A DNA stretch of 63,802 nt, filler included, from Octopus bimaculoides (GCF_001194135.2; 9 parts of 7 records of this genome joined end to end with filler, not necessarily neighbours in it), one strand, 5' to 3'. Positions 26,881-40,722 are shown, counted from the whole stretch's first letter. The notes: generated by a model not told the origin, from the letters alone. Made by a program: numbers and translations.

Positions 26881-26925
<45 letters not shown>

Positions 26926-27224
26926 GAGAAAAGACAAATAATGGGCTTTACAAATTTTCACACATTTGTATGTGCCCCGTCGACTTACAAGTGTTTCTTA
27001 TATGCATTTTAGGTGCGTTCAGCATTAACCAGTGTTTGTTTGTTTTTGTCCTCTGACTTACTGTTAGAGTCCTCGATAGAAGAAACGACGATACTACGAA
27101 ATAGAAGGTAGATTGGATACACTGGACTAAAATCCTTTGAAGACGATGCTCCAGCATGACACTAATACTAGGATAAAAAAATGACAAAAGATTCTGTATG
27201 AGTGTGTGATTATATACATGCACA

Positions 27225-27388
27225 TGGTGGTGGTAGTAGTAGTGGTTGTGGTGGTTGTAGTAGTAGTGGTTGTGGTGGTTGTTGTAGTAGTAGTGGTGGT
27301 GGTGGTGGTGGTGGTAGTAGGAGTGGTTGTGGTGGTTGTAGTATCAGCAACAGCAGTAGCAGCAACAGCAGCAGCAGCAATAGCAGCT

Positions 27389-27455
<67 letters not shown>

Positions 27456-27630
27456 CAGTAGCATTTGAATTGTGGTTATAGTTGTTGTTCTGGTGGTGGT
27501 GGTGGTGGTGTTGGTGGTAGTAGTGGTGATGGTGAATTTAGTTGGTGTCTTTATAGTTGTTGATTTTGTTACTGTAGTTTTATTGTTTTCTATTGCCGTT
27601 GTTGCTGTTGTTGTTGTTTTTGTTGTTGTC
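27225..27630. repeat. (GGT)/(TAG)/(CAG)/(GTT) trinucleotide low-complexity block
   Basis: Direct inspection; source of the poly-V/S/T/L ORFs. A similar block lies at 23620-25080. Confidence 0.9.
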
Positions 27631-27930
27631 TCTGCATCCTGCTTCCGGTGCATCAAACGAGTGCCAACATCTCTAGTTATGTGGTTCACAAAATGTAAAC
27701 GTCAGTTGGGATTATTCTAGGTACAGAAAAAAAAAAAAAAAAAAAAAAAAAAAAAANNNNNNNNNNNNNNNNNNNNNNNNNNNNNNNNNNNNNNNNNNNN
27801 TTAATTAATTAANNNNNNNNNNNNNNNNNNNNNNNNNNNNNNNNNNNNNNNNNNNNATAATAATAATAATAATAATAATAGTAATAGTAATAATAATAAT
27901 AATAATAATAATAGTAGTAGTAATAATAAT

Positions 27931-28706
27931 TCTTTCTTTATTGGCTATCAAGGCCAAACACAAAATATAGAGGACGATACACAGACGAGGGACAGTGAGG
28001 TGAAACGTGTAAACAACCAACAAACAACGATTAACGAAGGGGTTGAATCAACAAAGCATCCTCAATAGGGGGAGTTCCACCGTAAGGTGACGATAGAGAC
28101 CTCACGCACTTTGGACCCCTTAAGAATTGCCCTCTCTTCCCGACCATAGAAAGGAGGCGATCTTCATAATTAACTCGGACGATAGCCGGATCCGTCCTAC
28201 ATGTGACAATAGCTGCTCGACAAATCACCACAAGTTAGCAATGACGGACACTGTACGAGAGCATGCAGACTGGCTGAGGGCTGTGAGCTTTTGGAGACAC
28301 TCTAGGTACCAAGCGCACTGCCTCGGTCTACGCCTGATACAGGACTGTAGCTCCGTCAAGGAGACGAGCTGTGGAAAAGCGCGTTCAATAAACGGTATCA
28401 CACCTGCTCGCCGTTAAGGTATTGCTGGAGATGTCGTAGCCTCTGCGGATGTCTGTGCATCCTTACCGACGGCATGTCCAGTCCTCCACGCAACGGGTGC
28501 TGACAGCAAATGGATCGTCTGACAAGCGGTACCTGTCCCTTCCGCAGGAAGCAGAAGAGCAAATGCACCAGCCCGTTCAGCCACGAAGCGGGGCAAAGGA
28601 TGACAGTTAGGCAGTAGTATATGACGGATGCGATGTATGCATTCGCCACCTCCGCCCAACCTTTCTGGGTCACCTTCTTCTCGGCCCATTTCTGAGTGAG
28701 ACTGGC
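27931..28706 (-). mobile_element. Tx1/L1-clade LINE 3' fragment
   Basis: GWAEVANAYIASVIYYCLTVILCP...LFCFLRKGQVPLVRRSICCQHPLRGGLDMP...RLRHL (post-RT region of L1/Tx1 ORF2); the 3' end has AATAAA followed by an (ATT)n array. Confidence 0.8.
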
Positions 28707-29021
28707 NNNNNNNNNNNNNNNNNNNNNNNNNNNNNNNNNNNNNNNNNNNNNNNNNNNNNNNNNNNNNNNNNNNNNNNNNNNNNNNNNNNNNNNNNNNNNN
28801 NNNNNNNNNNNNNNNNNNNNNNNNNNNNNNNNNNNNNNNNNNNNNNNNNNNNNNNNNNNNNNNNNNNNNNNNNNNNNNNNNNNNNNNNNNNNNNNNNNNN
28901 NNNNNNNNNNNNNNNNNNNNNNNNNNNNNNNNNNNNNNNNNNNNNNNNNNNNNNNNNNNNNNNNNNNNNNNNNNNNNNNNNNNNNNNNNNNNNNNNNNNN
29001 NNNNNNNNNNNNNNNNNNNNN

Positions 29022-29103
29022 TGGAGCTTCGTGCAGCCTCCTGGCTTCCCAGAACCCGGTCGAACCGTCCAACCCATGCTAGCATGGAAAACGGACGTTA
29101 AAC

Positions 29104-29135
<32 letters not shown>
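29022..29135 (+). mobile_element. RTE-type 3' tail with (GAT)n
   Basis: gtccaacccatgctagcatggaaaacggacgttaaacgatgatgatg. Confidence 0.85.
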
Positions 29136-29136
<1 letters not shown>

Positions 29137-29262
29137 AGAACCTTTTATAAAACAAGTGAATTAGTCATAAACTTGCAGCGCTCCAAAAACACACCTCCAG
29201 TTATGGTGACAATAATAATAACAATAATGATGATGATGATAATAATAATAATAATCATAAAT

Positions 29263-29470
29263 GGTTTCAAATTTTGGCACTAGACAAGCAATTTTGGGGG
29301 AGGTGGTTAGTCGATTACATCGACCCCAATACTCGACTGGTAGTTATCTTATGAACCTCGAAAGGATGAAAGGTAAAGTCGACCTTGGTGGAATTTGAAC
29401 TCAGAACATAAAAACGGACGAAATGTCGCATTTTGCCCGGTGTGCTAACGATTCTGCCAACTCGCTGCCT
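29263..29470 (-). mobile_element. tRNA-derived SINE (Meta-like) inserted in an (AAT)n array
   Basis: ggtttcaaattttggcac...gtcgaccttggtggaatttgaactcagaac...ctgccaactcgctgcct; AAT arrays on both sides. Confidence 0.88.
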
Positions 29471-31250
29471 CCACATTGATAATAATAATAATAATAATGA
29501 ATTTTAATTTAAGCATTAAGGCAGCAAGAGTCGAACTATGAAATAAAATGTCGCAATTCAACATTGTAAGATATTCCCCGCTTCAATTCTCTGCATTTTT
29601 CTACTCTTAAAGATTATAACGTAGGTATAAAGCCAGAAATTTTAGTCGAGATGTTAGTCGAATGAATAGACTTTAATACGGGATTGGTACTTTAATATTT
29701 CGACCTTGGAAGAAACAAAGATAAGGCTAACCTCGGATGAATTTCTGCTCAGAAAGTAAAGAACAGAAAAACACAATTAATGATAAGTGTAATAATGGAA
29801 GTTGAAAATAGGAAGAACATTAAATAACATTCAAAGTATGAGGCTTAAATTTCGATGAATAAATAAAGGGATGTCAAAGCTTCAAAATAGATTCCAGGAA
29901 AACTTGTTTCATTAACACGTTGGACTAGATTTTAGACTGCAGACAGTGACAGTAAATATGGATGAAAAAAGGTCATAGATTTTAAAATTTTATTTAATGG
30001 TGGTGTTGTCAGATGATGGAGGACTGCCCCCTGATATTCTCGCATAGTCTACGAGAATGCTGGGGGAGAAGAAAAGAAGAAATTGGACAAGTGATCAGAA
30101 TATTTGATCTTACCACTGGAATCTACTAAAAGTAAGCATGCGTTAAGTTGCTGTGTTTATCTGGGCTATGAGTTAAGTTTATCACGTGGTACCAATATCG
30201 ATTAACAAGGTTTGGATTGACAACCGATCGATTACAAGTAAAGCAACTTGCTGATATTGCCATATAGCAGGATGATATAAAAAAAACAAAAAAACACGTG
30301 ACTTTGAAACAAAACTCTTAAATCAGACGGCTATGCTTATGTCTGGTTTCCTTGTGTGAATATTGATGACATGTAATCTATCATTTGGTCTGGTGAGCAT
30401 AGAAAAAAGACTAAACAAAATGAACTGGACGAACGGTAAAAAAGAATATTCGTTCAGGCATAAGTCAGTGTTGATATTGAGGGGAGAGGTTAGATAACAA
30501 AAAAAGAATTCAGTTTTGATTTTGAATAACGTATGTCATAAATTTTCCCATTAACCAATATCACCCTATTGTCTTTTATTAGAGAATATGGTCCCAGATA
30601 CTCTTTGCCAAAAAGTCAATTACGTTGTTTTGGGTAGAATGCATTTAATTACAATTCTGTTCTTTAGGGCTAACTTGGGACGAAATAACAACAACGTCAG
30701 AAAGCAAGACTCCTCGTAAAAGAAGAATAATAATTGTGGAAAATGTCATCTTCTAGAGAAGACGAAAATAGAAAAGGAAAAACAGGCAAATGAATAGCAA
30801 TATGGGAAGCTGAGAATGAACAAGGCGATTTTTGATTTAAAAAATAGAAAAAAAGACTATTGATATGGAGAAAAGTAAACGTATTGACGATTATTGCCAT
30901 TAAGATATTGTTATAGGAATTGTTTAACTGATGAGTCCAGGTCGAGGTACATTCAAGAGCATATATACCGGTAGACACACACGCACGCACACACGCACAT
31001 ACGAACACATTCACACACATATACATGCTTATGCGCACACACAAACACACAAGGCTCAGATGCAGCAAGGTTGTGTGAGATTGTATAATGTAATCTTACT
31101 TACAACTAAAAAGGGAAACTAATTATGACTGGCGTCCTTTGATAACAGGTTTTCTCAATAAGGTGTTTACCTTGAGTTAAACAACAATAGCACCAACCTA
31201 AGTTTCTAAATAACTGTAACAGAGATCAATCTTTTAATTTCTTTTTATAT

Positions 31251-31622
31251 CTTTTACTTGCTTCAGTCATTAGACAGCGGCCATGCTGGTGCACCGCCTC
31301 GAAGAGATTTTGATCGAATGAATCGACCCTCAGTACTGTACTTATTCTCCCAGCCTCTTTTGCTGAACCGCTAGGTTACAGTGACATAAACACATCAGCA
31401 CCTGCGGTGGTGGGGAATAAATACACGCGCGCACGCACGCACGTACGCGCGCGCACACACACACACACGCGCGCGCGCGTATATATGTTTCAGTTCCCGT
31501 CTACCAAATGCACTCACAAGGCTTTGGTCGGTCGGAAAGAATAATAGAAAACATATATGCAAGGTGCCATGCAGTGGGACTGAACACGAAACGTGTGGTT
31601 GAGAAGCAAGCTTCTTATCACC
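31251..31622 (-). mobile_element. CORE-like SINE copy with internal (CA/CG) microsatellite
   Basis: Tail cttttacttgcttcagtcatt, body cactcacaaggctttggtcggtc, head gtgccatgcagtgggactgaac. Confidence 0.8.
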
Positions 31623-31661
31623 CAAACAACATATTAGATCCTAGGTTTATATTTTATATGT

Positions 31662-32062
31662 GGAGGCGCAATGGCCCAATGGCCCAGTGGTTAGGGCAGC
31701 GGACTCGCGGTCATAGGATCACGGTTTCGATTCCCAGACCGGGCGTTGTGAGTGTTTATTGAGCGAAAACACCTAAAAGCTCCACGAGGCTCCGGCAGGG
31801 GATGGTGGCGAACCCTGCTGTACTCTTCCACCACAACTTTCTCTCACTCTTTCTTCCTGTTTCTGTTGTACCTGTAATTCAAAGGGTCAGCCTTGTCACA
31901 CTGTGTCACGCTGAATATCCCCGAGAACTACGTTAAGGGTGCACGTGTCTGTGGAGTGCTCAGCCACTTGCACGTTAATTTCACGAGCAGGCTGTTCCGT
32001 TGATCGGATCAACTGGAACCCTCGACGTCGTAAGTGACGGAGTGCCAACAGCAACAACAAAA
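31662..32062 (+). mobile_element. Young full-length tRNA-derived SINE (third family) with (CAA)n tail
   Basis: Head ggaggcgcaatggcccaatggcccagtggttagggcagcggactcgcggtc...ggtttcgattccc (A and B boxes, duplicated atggccca); CpGs intact; probable TSD atatttta(t/c)at at 31649 and 32063. Confidence 0.85.
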
Positions 32063-32430
32063 ATATTTTACATATTTATTTATTTGTTTATATTCAATTA
32101 ATTTGTTTATATTCAAATGGACACTCTAAGGATAAATGACATTAAGTTGTTGCTTAACAGATATACGCGTATCAGACGCCGAACATTTCAGAAATAGACC
32201 GGACGATTAGACACTTACAAACAAATAACACACACACAAGCGCATGCATGATTGGACACAATCATACGCTTGCGTACCCTTGGGTGTGCACGCGTTCGGT
32301 TATTGTGTTTTCTGCTCACACCCATTTTTCTGTATAAAGCATAGTTTGGTCAATATTCTTTTACATATTTGTTACACCACAGTGCAAAGACCAGCCAGAA
32401 AAGAAAGGCGAGGGAAGCATAAACAAGAAT

Positions 32431-32504
<74 letters not shown>

Positions 32505-33987
32505 TAGTGACCGAAAAGTGAGATATGAATAGATATAGATTGTGAGAGCATGTGAGTGAGTGCGCGTAGGTGGGAACAGAGAACGAGAGAAGGGGAAGAT
32601 AGATAGAGAGAGAGAGAGATATACAGCGGTACAGATTGCAATTGACAGACACTGAAAAATGAACTCAATTGGGTGGAATAACATTATTTGCTCAAAGTTA
32701 AGTCTACTCGAAACAGATTTTGTTGTAATTTTTCATTTGCCCGAGGACAAACTAACGAAAACACTGAGTAGCGACTGTCGTAGAATCAACTTTGAGTAAA
32801 CAATACATACATACATACATACATACATACATACATACATACACACGCATATNNNNNNNNNNNNNNNNNNNNNNNNNNNNNNNNNNNNNNNNNNNNNNNN
32901 NNNNNNNNNNNNNNNNNNNNNNNNNNNNNNNNNNNNNNNNNNNNNNNNNNNNNNNNNNNNNNNNNNNNNNNNNNNNNNNNNNNNNNNNNNNNNNNNNNNN
33001 NNNNNNNNNNNNNNNNNNNNNNNNNNNNNNNNNNNNNNNNNNNNNNNNNNNNNNNNNNNNNNNNNNNNNNNNNNNNNNNNNNNNNNNNNNNNNNNNNNNN
33101 NNNNNNNNNNNNNNNNNNNNNNNNNNNNNNNNNNNNNNNNNNNNNNNNNNNNNNNNNNNNNNNNNNNNNNNNNNNNNNNNNNNNNNNNNNNNNNNNNNNN
33201 NNNNNNNNNNNNNNNNNNNNNNNNNNNNNNNNNNNNNNNNNNNNNNNNNNNNNNNNNNNNNNNNNNNNNNNNNNNNNNNNNNNNNNNNNNNNNNNNNNNN
33301 NNNNNNNNNNNNNNNNNNNNNNNNNNNNNNNNNNNNNGGGGAGTGTAGGCAGAGCCAAGAAGACCAATTCTTTCACCATGCAGCACTCAAAGCATGAGCC
33401 TAACTTGATAGCTTTGGCCTTTATCTTGTACAGACGCACGCATGTTCATATATATGAAAATATATACAGAAATATCAGAATCCCTGCTATTTCTTTCATT
33501 TGCAAAATAATTAATTGTACACTTGTGTCTATTACACACACAAACACACAAGCTCAAACGTACTCTTGCAGGCGTAGACACGCACGCACACTCGTACGCA
33601 TACACACAAATGTATGTGTTTATATGAATTATCAGCTACAGTTTTAATGTAAATGATACGAGGCATTAATAGCAGCAATTCGAGAGGCCAATCTATGTAT
33701 CGCTTGCTGAGATACCGCGCCACAGATTAAACTATAGAACACCTACACATTAAATCTTCTTAAATGTGCTACTGTGAATCATTTTTGTCTACCATTTTAA
33801 ATGTACTATTTTGTATCTACATGTACTATCTTACACCTACAATTCGTTATCCAATTAGTGCTGCCAAGACAGGCTATTCTACTAATGTATATCATAGCTA
33901 GTATGTAACATGTGTTTCAGTTTACGACTAGAAATAGTCCGAAGAATCAAACAAAATAATTCTTGATTTTATTCAAAATATTAGTAA

Positions 33988-34294
33988 TCTATATATATAT
34001 AAAAATGAGAATGTGTGTCTGTCTGTCTGTGTGAATCCCTAAAACTCGAGAACTACGCAACCAATTTCATTCAAATTTTACACATGCCTTACTTAGAGTT
34101 CCAGTTGTGTTTTAGTCAAAAAAAATTTTTTAACTTCTTGCAGAGTTCGAGCACACGGCAACATAATATCTCTTCCACTATTTAAGTATTACGTGTCAAA
34201 AGTGAAACAAAAACACTCATGTCAAATACTTTCACTTTAAAAATGAAACTATTCCACTAACTGAAACAATCACATTTCGATACTGTAATGACAG
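33988..34294 (+). mobile_element. 5' end of a non-autonomous Helitron-like element
   Basis: A|TCTATATATATATAAAAATGAGAATGTGTGTCTGTCTGTCTG...CAACCAATTTCATTCAAATTT: 5' TC after A, with the TA-rich then (GTCT)n pattern typical of invertebrate Helitrons. The 3' CTAG/hairpin is not recoverable (gap). Confidence 0.6.
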
Positions 34295-34395
34295 ANNNNN
34301 NNNNNNNNNNNNNNNNNNNNNNNNNNNNNNNNNNNNNNNTTAATTAATTAANNNNNNNNNNNNNNNNNNNNNNNNNNNNNNNNNNNNNNNNNNNN

Positions 34396-34433
<38 letters not shown>

Positions 34434-35692
34434 TAACTAGATAGATAAATAGTTCGAGAGAGAAGGTGAGAAAGTGTGAAATCGATTTGTGGTCGCAAAT
34501 CTCAAGAGGACTTGAAGAGAAATACGATGTGTCGACATGAATGCTTGGATCTCAGTGGTTTCTAATGTTATTGTATACAGAGAAACTATCCAAAAGGGAA
34601 TATTTAATTTATACAATGTAACTTAATAAGACAGCAGGAATAGATATTGAGTGAAAAGTGATGAAAATATGAATTCACTTTGTGTGATACCTGATCTATT
34701 TCATAAGGACTCTCAGCAGAATTTTCTTTAATTTTCCGGTAGCTAGCAAACCGTTTTGTTTGTATTGTGGGTAAATCATTGGTGTTAAGTTACATAAAAT
34801 CAAGAACAATGTAGTCAGTGAACGTTTGGTGTCTTATATTTCTCTCGGTTCAATAATGGACGTGTAACAATTAGAATAATAAATAGTAACAGCTATTATA
34901 GGACAAAAAGTATATCAGATTGGAAAGTCTGGAAAACAAACCGAAATGTATAGCTAGAAATAGAATTTATATTTTGTAACGGATGGAATTTGATTGATTT
35001 TATTATAAATATTTTCTTTACAATTAGAATTGAATGGAAAATATTGTAACATGAAATTGTAAAATGAGATCGTTTTTAAGAAAATGTTGCCGACAAATAA
35101 TATCTGGTATAAGGTTTCATTTCCAGGGTAAGCCATTTCACTTCACTTAGTTTTCGTGCGTTTACTTTTGAGATTTATCCGTAAGCCTGGATTACAATGG
35201 AACAATTTAAACTAATTCCTCATTTGCATACAGTATGATGACGGACGTTTTACTAGCGACTTAGCGACCTCTAAAGCGATAATTATGTTGTAATTCTAAA
35301 TGGAATGCTTAACCCGAAGACTTGTCGAGAAGGAAAACCTTAGTGGTGCGGAAATGTAACTTGTAGACTTTACGGCTGTCACTTGTCTGGCATTGTTACA
35401 GGCAAAACGACCAAAGAACAGCGTCTTAGCTTTGACGTAATTTATGCATTAAATATGCATCATCAATCAGCCAACAACGAGGACCAGCGTGGAATACACT
35501 TAATCACCGTTTTACACAGAGAAGATTAATTAAAGAGCCCTATTTGTAACTGTGATCCGTTTCAAGGTAAAAAATTAAAATTGAAATTGGTGTGAAAAGC
35601 GCATCGCGAAGAAATAGGCGCATCAAGGGCATTACACCCTCACCCACTTCTAAACCGGAAAGGACACATTAAACGATGCAGTGTTACGTATA

Positions 35693-36361
35693 CGAAAATA
35701 TTGGTACCCGGACTAGTTATGTTTAATAAAAAAAAAACTTACCTAAGTTTCAACATCCTCTCCTCCGAAATAGTCACCTTGCACAGCAATACACAACTAT
35801 CCCAGCATTCCTACCGCTTTTTGGATCTGTCCTGGAAGTCGTTTTCCGTGAGGGAGTCGACGACCTTTTGTGATTTTCTCTGGGTCTCGACAACGGTGAC
35901 CTTTGAGCTGCCTTTTCCTCACGGGGAAAAGATGGCAGCCTGCAGGTGCTAAATCTGGCGAATAGGGCGGGTGCAGAGGCAGTATCATGTTCTTTTCGCT
36001 CATCGTCTTCCAAGGACGCTCTTCCACTTTTGAATTGCCTGTGCCACTTGAAACATTGTGTACGACCCATTGCCTCATCACCATAAGCTTACCAAAGTAT
36101 GCTCAATGTCTTTGTTGCAGACTTCCCAAGTTTAACACAAAATTTCACGTTGGCTCATTGTTCCATGAGAAAATCGCAGACTACAGCATACACGTGATCA
36201 TAAAAACACGAATTTCACAACTTGCGGAGTAAAAGCAACGATGTCACAACGGCACACTGCCTCATGAAGGTCACTGCTAGCTCTCACTGCACACGCAGCC
36301 GTGTGCTGCCATCTGTTGGCTCGCTATAGTTCTGTTCGAGGAACTTTCTGATACCACCTCG
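35693..36361 (-). mobile_element. Shorter deletion derivative of the same mariner family as 9341-10243
   Basis: Shares cccggactagttatgtttaataaa and aaatagtcaccttgcacagcaatac with the first copy; HTH (YGDEAMGRTQCFKWHRQFKSGR) joined to HPPYSPDLAP; right TIR ...tttctgataccacctcg. Confidence 0.9.
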
Positions 36362-38359
36362 TGGGTCTGCTCAGTTACATCTGAATTGGAAGCAAATAAT
36401 CTAAACAGCAACAACAACAACAGCAGCTGCAGCAGCAGCAGCAATAACCCAAAGTAAATACACTAGTTCAACGCTTGTTTATCTTGAAGCAGATCATATC
36501 TACAAGTATACTCTTTTATTATTTTTATATAACACGGTGTGACATTGTACACCACGTGGTGCATCAGGTGGTGCATCACGTGGTGTGATGGCTTTTTCTT
36601 GACAGTTCTCTTGTTGATATATTCATAGAATTACGCCAAAATAGCAATCATAACTTCGAGAGTCATAGAATATTATATTCTGTATCTGTTTGCTAAGGTC
36701 TTCCTAAATAAGGGGACACATAGATGAATCAAGCCTACATACTGTTAAAAGTTGAGAAAGGCATGGCTGGAATGCCTTCCTGGTGTCAGTGTTGGTGTAA
36801 GACTAAGCGTCGTCGACTTAGTGACTAAGAAAGAGATAAAACGATAAGACAAAATGAAATATATTCCTGTGCTGTTAGGAGGCCGAGCTCCTACGTTTAA
36901 GGCAGCGCCCTTGGTTTACAGATGAAAATGAAAATGAGAAGAAAACAAAGAACACCGATTATCAAATTGCTTTCGAAACGAAGAAGAAAAAAAAGAAAAA
37001 CACCTTTCGTTCTTTCTGACTAGATTTTCTTTAAATAATTATATGACCAATCCCCATAATATCCATTCTGTTTTTCATTCAAATTCCTGTTCTATGATAA
37101 AAAGGAAAGAAACATCAGAAAATTCTTGTTTTTGTTTTCAACAGAAACACATTTTATTGATTGTTCTTTAATAATTTACTTTTGTTCACGAATTAACGAA
37201 AATTAAGACTAAATATTTATTGATTACAACATTTTGTTCTATGAAAGCCATTTTGTCTTGCGAAAATCCCGAACCAATTGCCCAATCAAAGAACGAAAAT
37301 GATAAATTGTATATTACTTTCTTTGATTACAAAGTTAATTACGCAAAACAAAAATGAAGGACAATATCTTGTCTTTTGAACTTATAGATTTCAAAGAACT
37401 TCAAGACTGCAATTAAAATTCGCAATGGTTTAAACAAGTTAGAAGCGTATACTTCAGTTGTTTTTGAGAAGTACTCGATAATTGATCTTTTACAGAAACG
37501 GAGGATATTTTATATTGCAGGAAATATCGTTACTTTCACGGGAGAATTTCAAAATGCATGATTAAATAATCAAATCTTGATATTTCATATGCTTTCTTTC
37601 TTTTTTTTTTTCCTTTTGGATTAAATTATTCCTCAAACATTCACACTGTTAAAGAATACAGAAACTGCCTGCGGCTGAGAGACACCAAAATATAATTAAT
37701 GAAAAATAATAATCGCAGCATTTAACGTGCAGAGTTTTTACAAAACAGATGTAAACAACTGAAAATATTTGTCACAGCATGAAGTTTATTCAAAGTCATT
37801 AACTGGACTATTTTAAAGAAATTCTGTAAATGAATCCCATCAAACACCTGGAATTTAATGCTCCCAGGAGGACGTTTCTTAATCAACAACATTCTATCAA
37901 GAAAAATAATCCGAAACAAACAATTATTCTCTATTCGCGAATACATGTGTATCTGTAGGTGTTAGGCAAAAAGTTATAGTTATGGTGAAAGAAAATGGTT
38001 GACTTAAAGCTGGTGGTCAGCTGAAGGTAAGCCTAATCTGTAACGATGCAGTTTCGATTCTTCATTGTTGCCAATGCACTACAATAACGCTACCGTTTCT
38101 TGAGATAAAAACATCTCTTCTTTTGTCACTCAATCTGTAAACGTTTGCCATAAAGTAAAAAGCGCATCAAAGAACTTGAATGATCGCTGGGAGAATTTTG
38201 TCAGCAAAAATAAGAAATAGTTGAAGCAAATTAAAAGTGAAGAAGTACTAATTTATTTTAAATTAATCAAAGAAAATGGTTCTAGTGGAACATTAAAACT
38301 GGAAGAAGAACTGATTTGGAAAGGAACAACAATATTTCTGGACCACAAACGTAAATAAT

Positions 38360-38566
38360 GGTTTCAAATTTTGACACAGCAGTTTCGGGGAAGGGAGTCA
38401 GTCGATCACATCGACTCCAGTACACGACTGGTACTTATTTTATCGACACCGAAAGGATGAAAGGTAAAGCTGGGTTCGACGGGATTTGAATTCACAACGT
38501 AAAGACGGACGAAATTCCGCTAAGCATTTTGACCGGCATGCTAACGATTCTGTCAGCTCGCCGCCT
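38360..38566 (-). mobile_element. tRNA-derived SINE (Meta-like) with perfect 15-bp TSD
   Basis: TSD ACAAACGTAAATAAT at 38345-38359 and 38569-38583; family body and tRNA-like head intact. Confidence 0.92.
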
Positions 38567-40020
38567 CGACAAACGTAAATAATATTAACACTTAGTCGTT
38601 ATAAGGAATGACGTAGTATTCGGCACTAATAAATGCAGAGATAATTATAGTCAAAATATTCTCTCTTTTAATTTTGAATGTCACTTTTGAGCTTAATCAC
38701 AATGATTCAAAACAATTATGTTGATAATGATTGATTTTCATGTAATTAAAATCATCTACCTGATTAATTTATACGATTTAGAAATATTACTGTCTAATTA
38801 GAATTAAAAAACAAAACAACAACTTATTAGGCTAACATAGATCTAGGCTTGTTGTTCTAACATTGCCAATATTGTTTTGAATGTAGCCAGGGGAGGTGTT
38901 TTATTAAAGGCCTTTACATTGATTCAAAAATAAGTTAGGAAGTAAAGCAGATCTTTTTCCATGACACAAATGCCACCAAACTATATATTTCTCTTTGCTT
39001 TTCATTCGAAACCAACTTTTATCCTTCTAATGCAGATACCATAAATACACCACTTTCCTGGATTGATTCAATCGTCTGTATTCTTTTAATATAGCTGGTA
39101 ACCTTGGCCTAATCTAAGAAGTCAACTTGGAGAAAATCGTTTTAAGAATACTGATAAATATGTCTACGTAATATGTAGACATTTTGAATTGCTAGGAGAC
39201 AGTTGTCTTAAAATAACCATTGATTTGACACAAGATTAAAAGGCAAATTATTGTTTCTTATGTATTATACATAGAAAATATATAATTCTTTGCTGTCCTG
39301 AAACGTTAAATAAAACAAAATTTTTAAATAAATTCACTTAGTATAATTTGGTTGTCACTTGAACATATGAGAAAAAGCGGGATAACATTTAAAAAGTTAT
39401 ATTCTTTGACGTACAATTTTTCTGGAAACATATATGTGTTTTTCGTTTTACTTTTTCCTCTTCCTATTTTAATTATATTAATGAATTCAGCAACATATAA
39501 CAAAATAATATTTAATTAAAAAAAACTTATCACTAAAAGAAATGGGAATTATGGTGGAAAAGTCTTTATATTTATTGAATACAGACCACTTAATTAATAT
39601 GGAAAGATATAATCTCTATCTGTCTGTCTGTCTTTCTCTGTTTCTGTCACTCTCTGTATCTCTCTCTCTCTCTCCCTCTCTCTCTATCCCTCTCTTACAC
39701 TCAGTCCTAGTGGCTGATCTGAGATTTGATTTAGATGTCAACTTACAAAAACAAATAACACTAACACAATTTTGTGTGTTTATAAGAATTTGAAGAAATC
39801 AAGAATTACATTAGAACTAAAGACAAACTGTATTTACAGTTGTTTGTCAAAGTCTGTCTCTAGAAACATCAGACAGTTTAGAAACTTCGGTTAAGGCTAT
39901 TTTTTGCTTTAAGTTTCGAAACACAAGTGGATTATTTATGTCATTTATTTCATAATTCGTTGTTAGAATTTCTTCGTTGTTTAAGTTATATATGCATACA
40001 TACATACATACATACATACA

Positions 40021-40052
<32 letters not shown>

Positions 40053-40227
40053 GCTTTTTACGATCACCTAACATGCATAAACCACGACACTGATAGATTC
40101 ACGTACATCGAAACCCCAGTGCGTGAAAATATTTGCGTGGTTTATGCATGTGAGGTGATAGTATAACATAATATTTTACTCTCGCCAGATAGCATACCCA
40201 TTTTATTGAACTTATTACACGGATCAA

Positions 40228-40276
<49 letters not shown>

Positions 40277-40660
40277 ACTCATATATATATGTCTATTAAA
40301 ATTTTAAAATATATAATGAATGCTATTATTCAGGAGAGATAATGATGTTAGTGGCTGCAAGCTAAAAATCCTATCGGCAAATTCGTTTATTTCCAACCCC
40401 GTCTTTGAAAATCGAGTGTTAATTTTTGTGGCTTCCGAGTATTTTTGACTGCTATTGTTAACAAAGCTCGTGCTTCATATCGCCGTTGATGTGGTACTTC
40501 AGCAGGGAGGAAATGAATAATAGGAAACAATGTATATGTCTATGTGTATGACGACTTTTCCTGGGGCTAAACAACAGTGACATTCATACCAACCGGGACT
40601 GCTATATCATTTTGGTAAATAATTATTTCATATACATATACATATACATACATACACACA

Positions 40661-40722
<62 letters not shown>

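Noticed and set aside
31662-31740. tRNA-like sequence
   Set aside because: SINE head: duplicated atggccca, no proper acceptor stem, continuous with the SINE body and tail.
35230-35310. C/D snoRNA candidate (ATGATGA box C)
   Set aside because: No CTGA box D at a suitable distance (CCGA only) and no terminal stem.
37959-38026. Exon-like segment with AG acceptor and strong GTAAGC donor
   Set aside because: Stops in all three frames; could only be a UTR exon and there is no supporting evidence.
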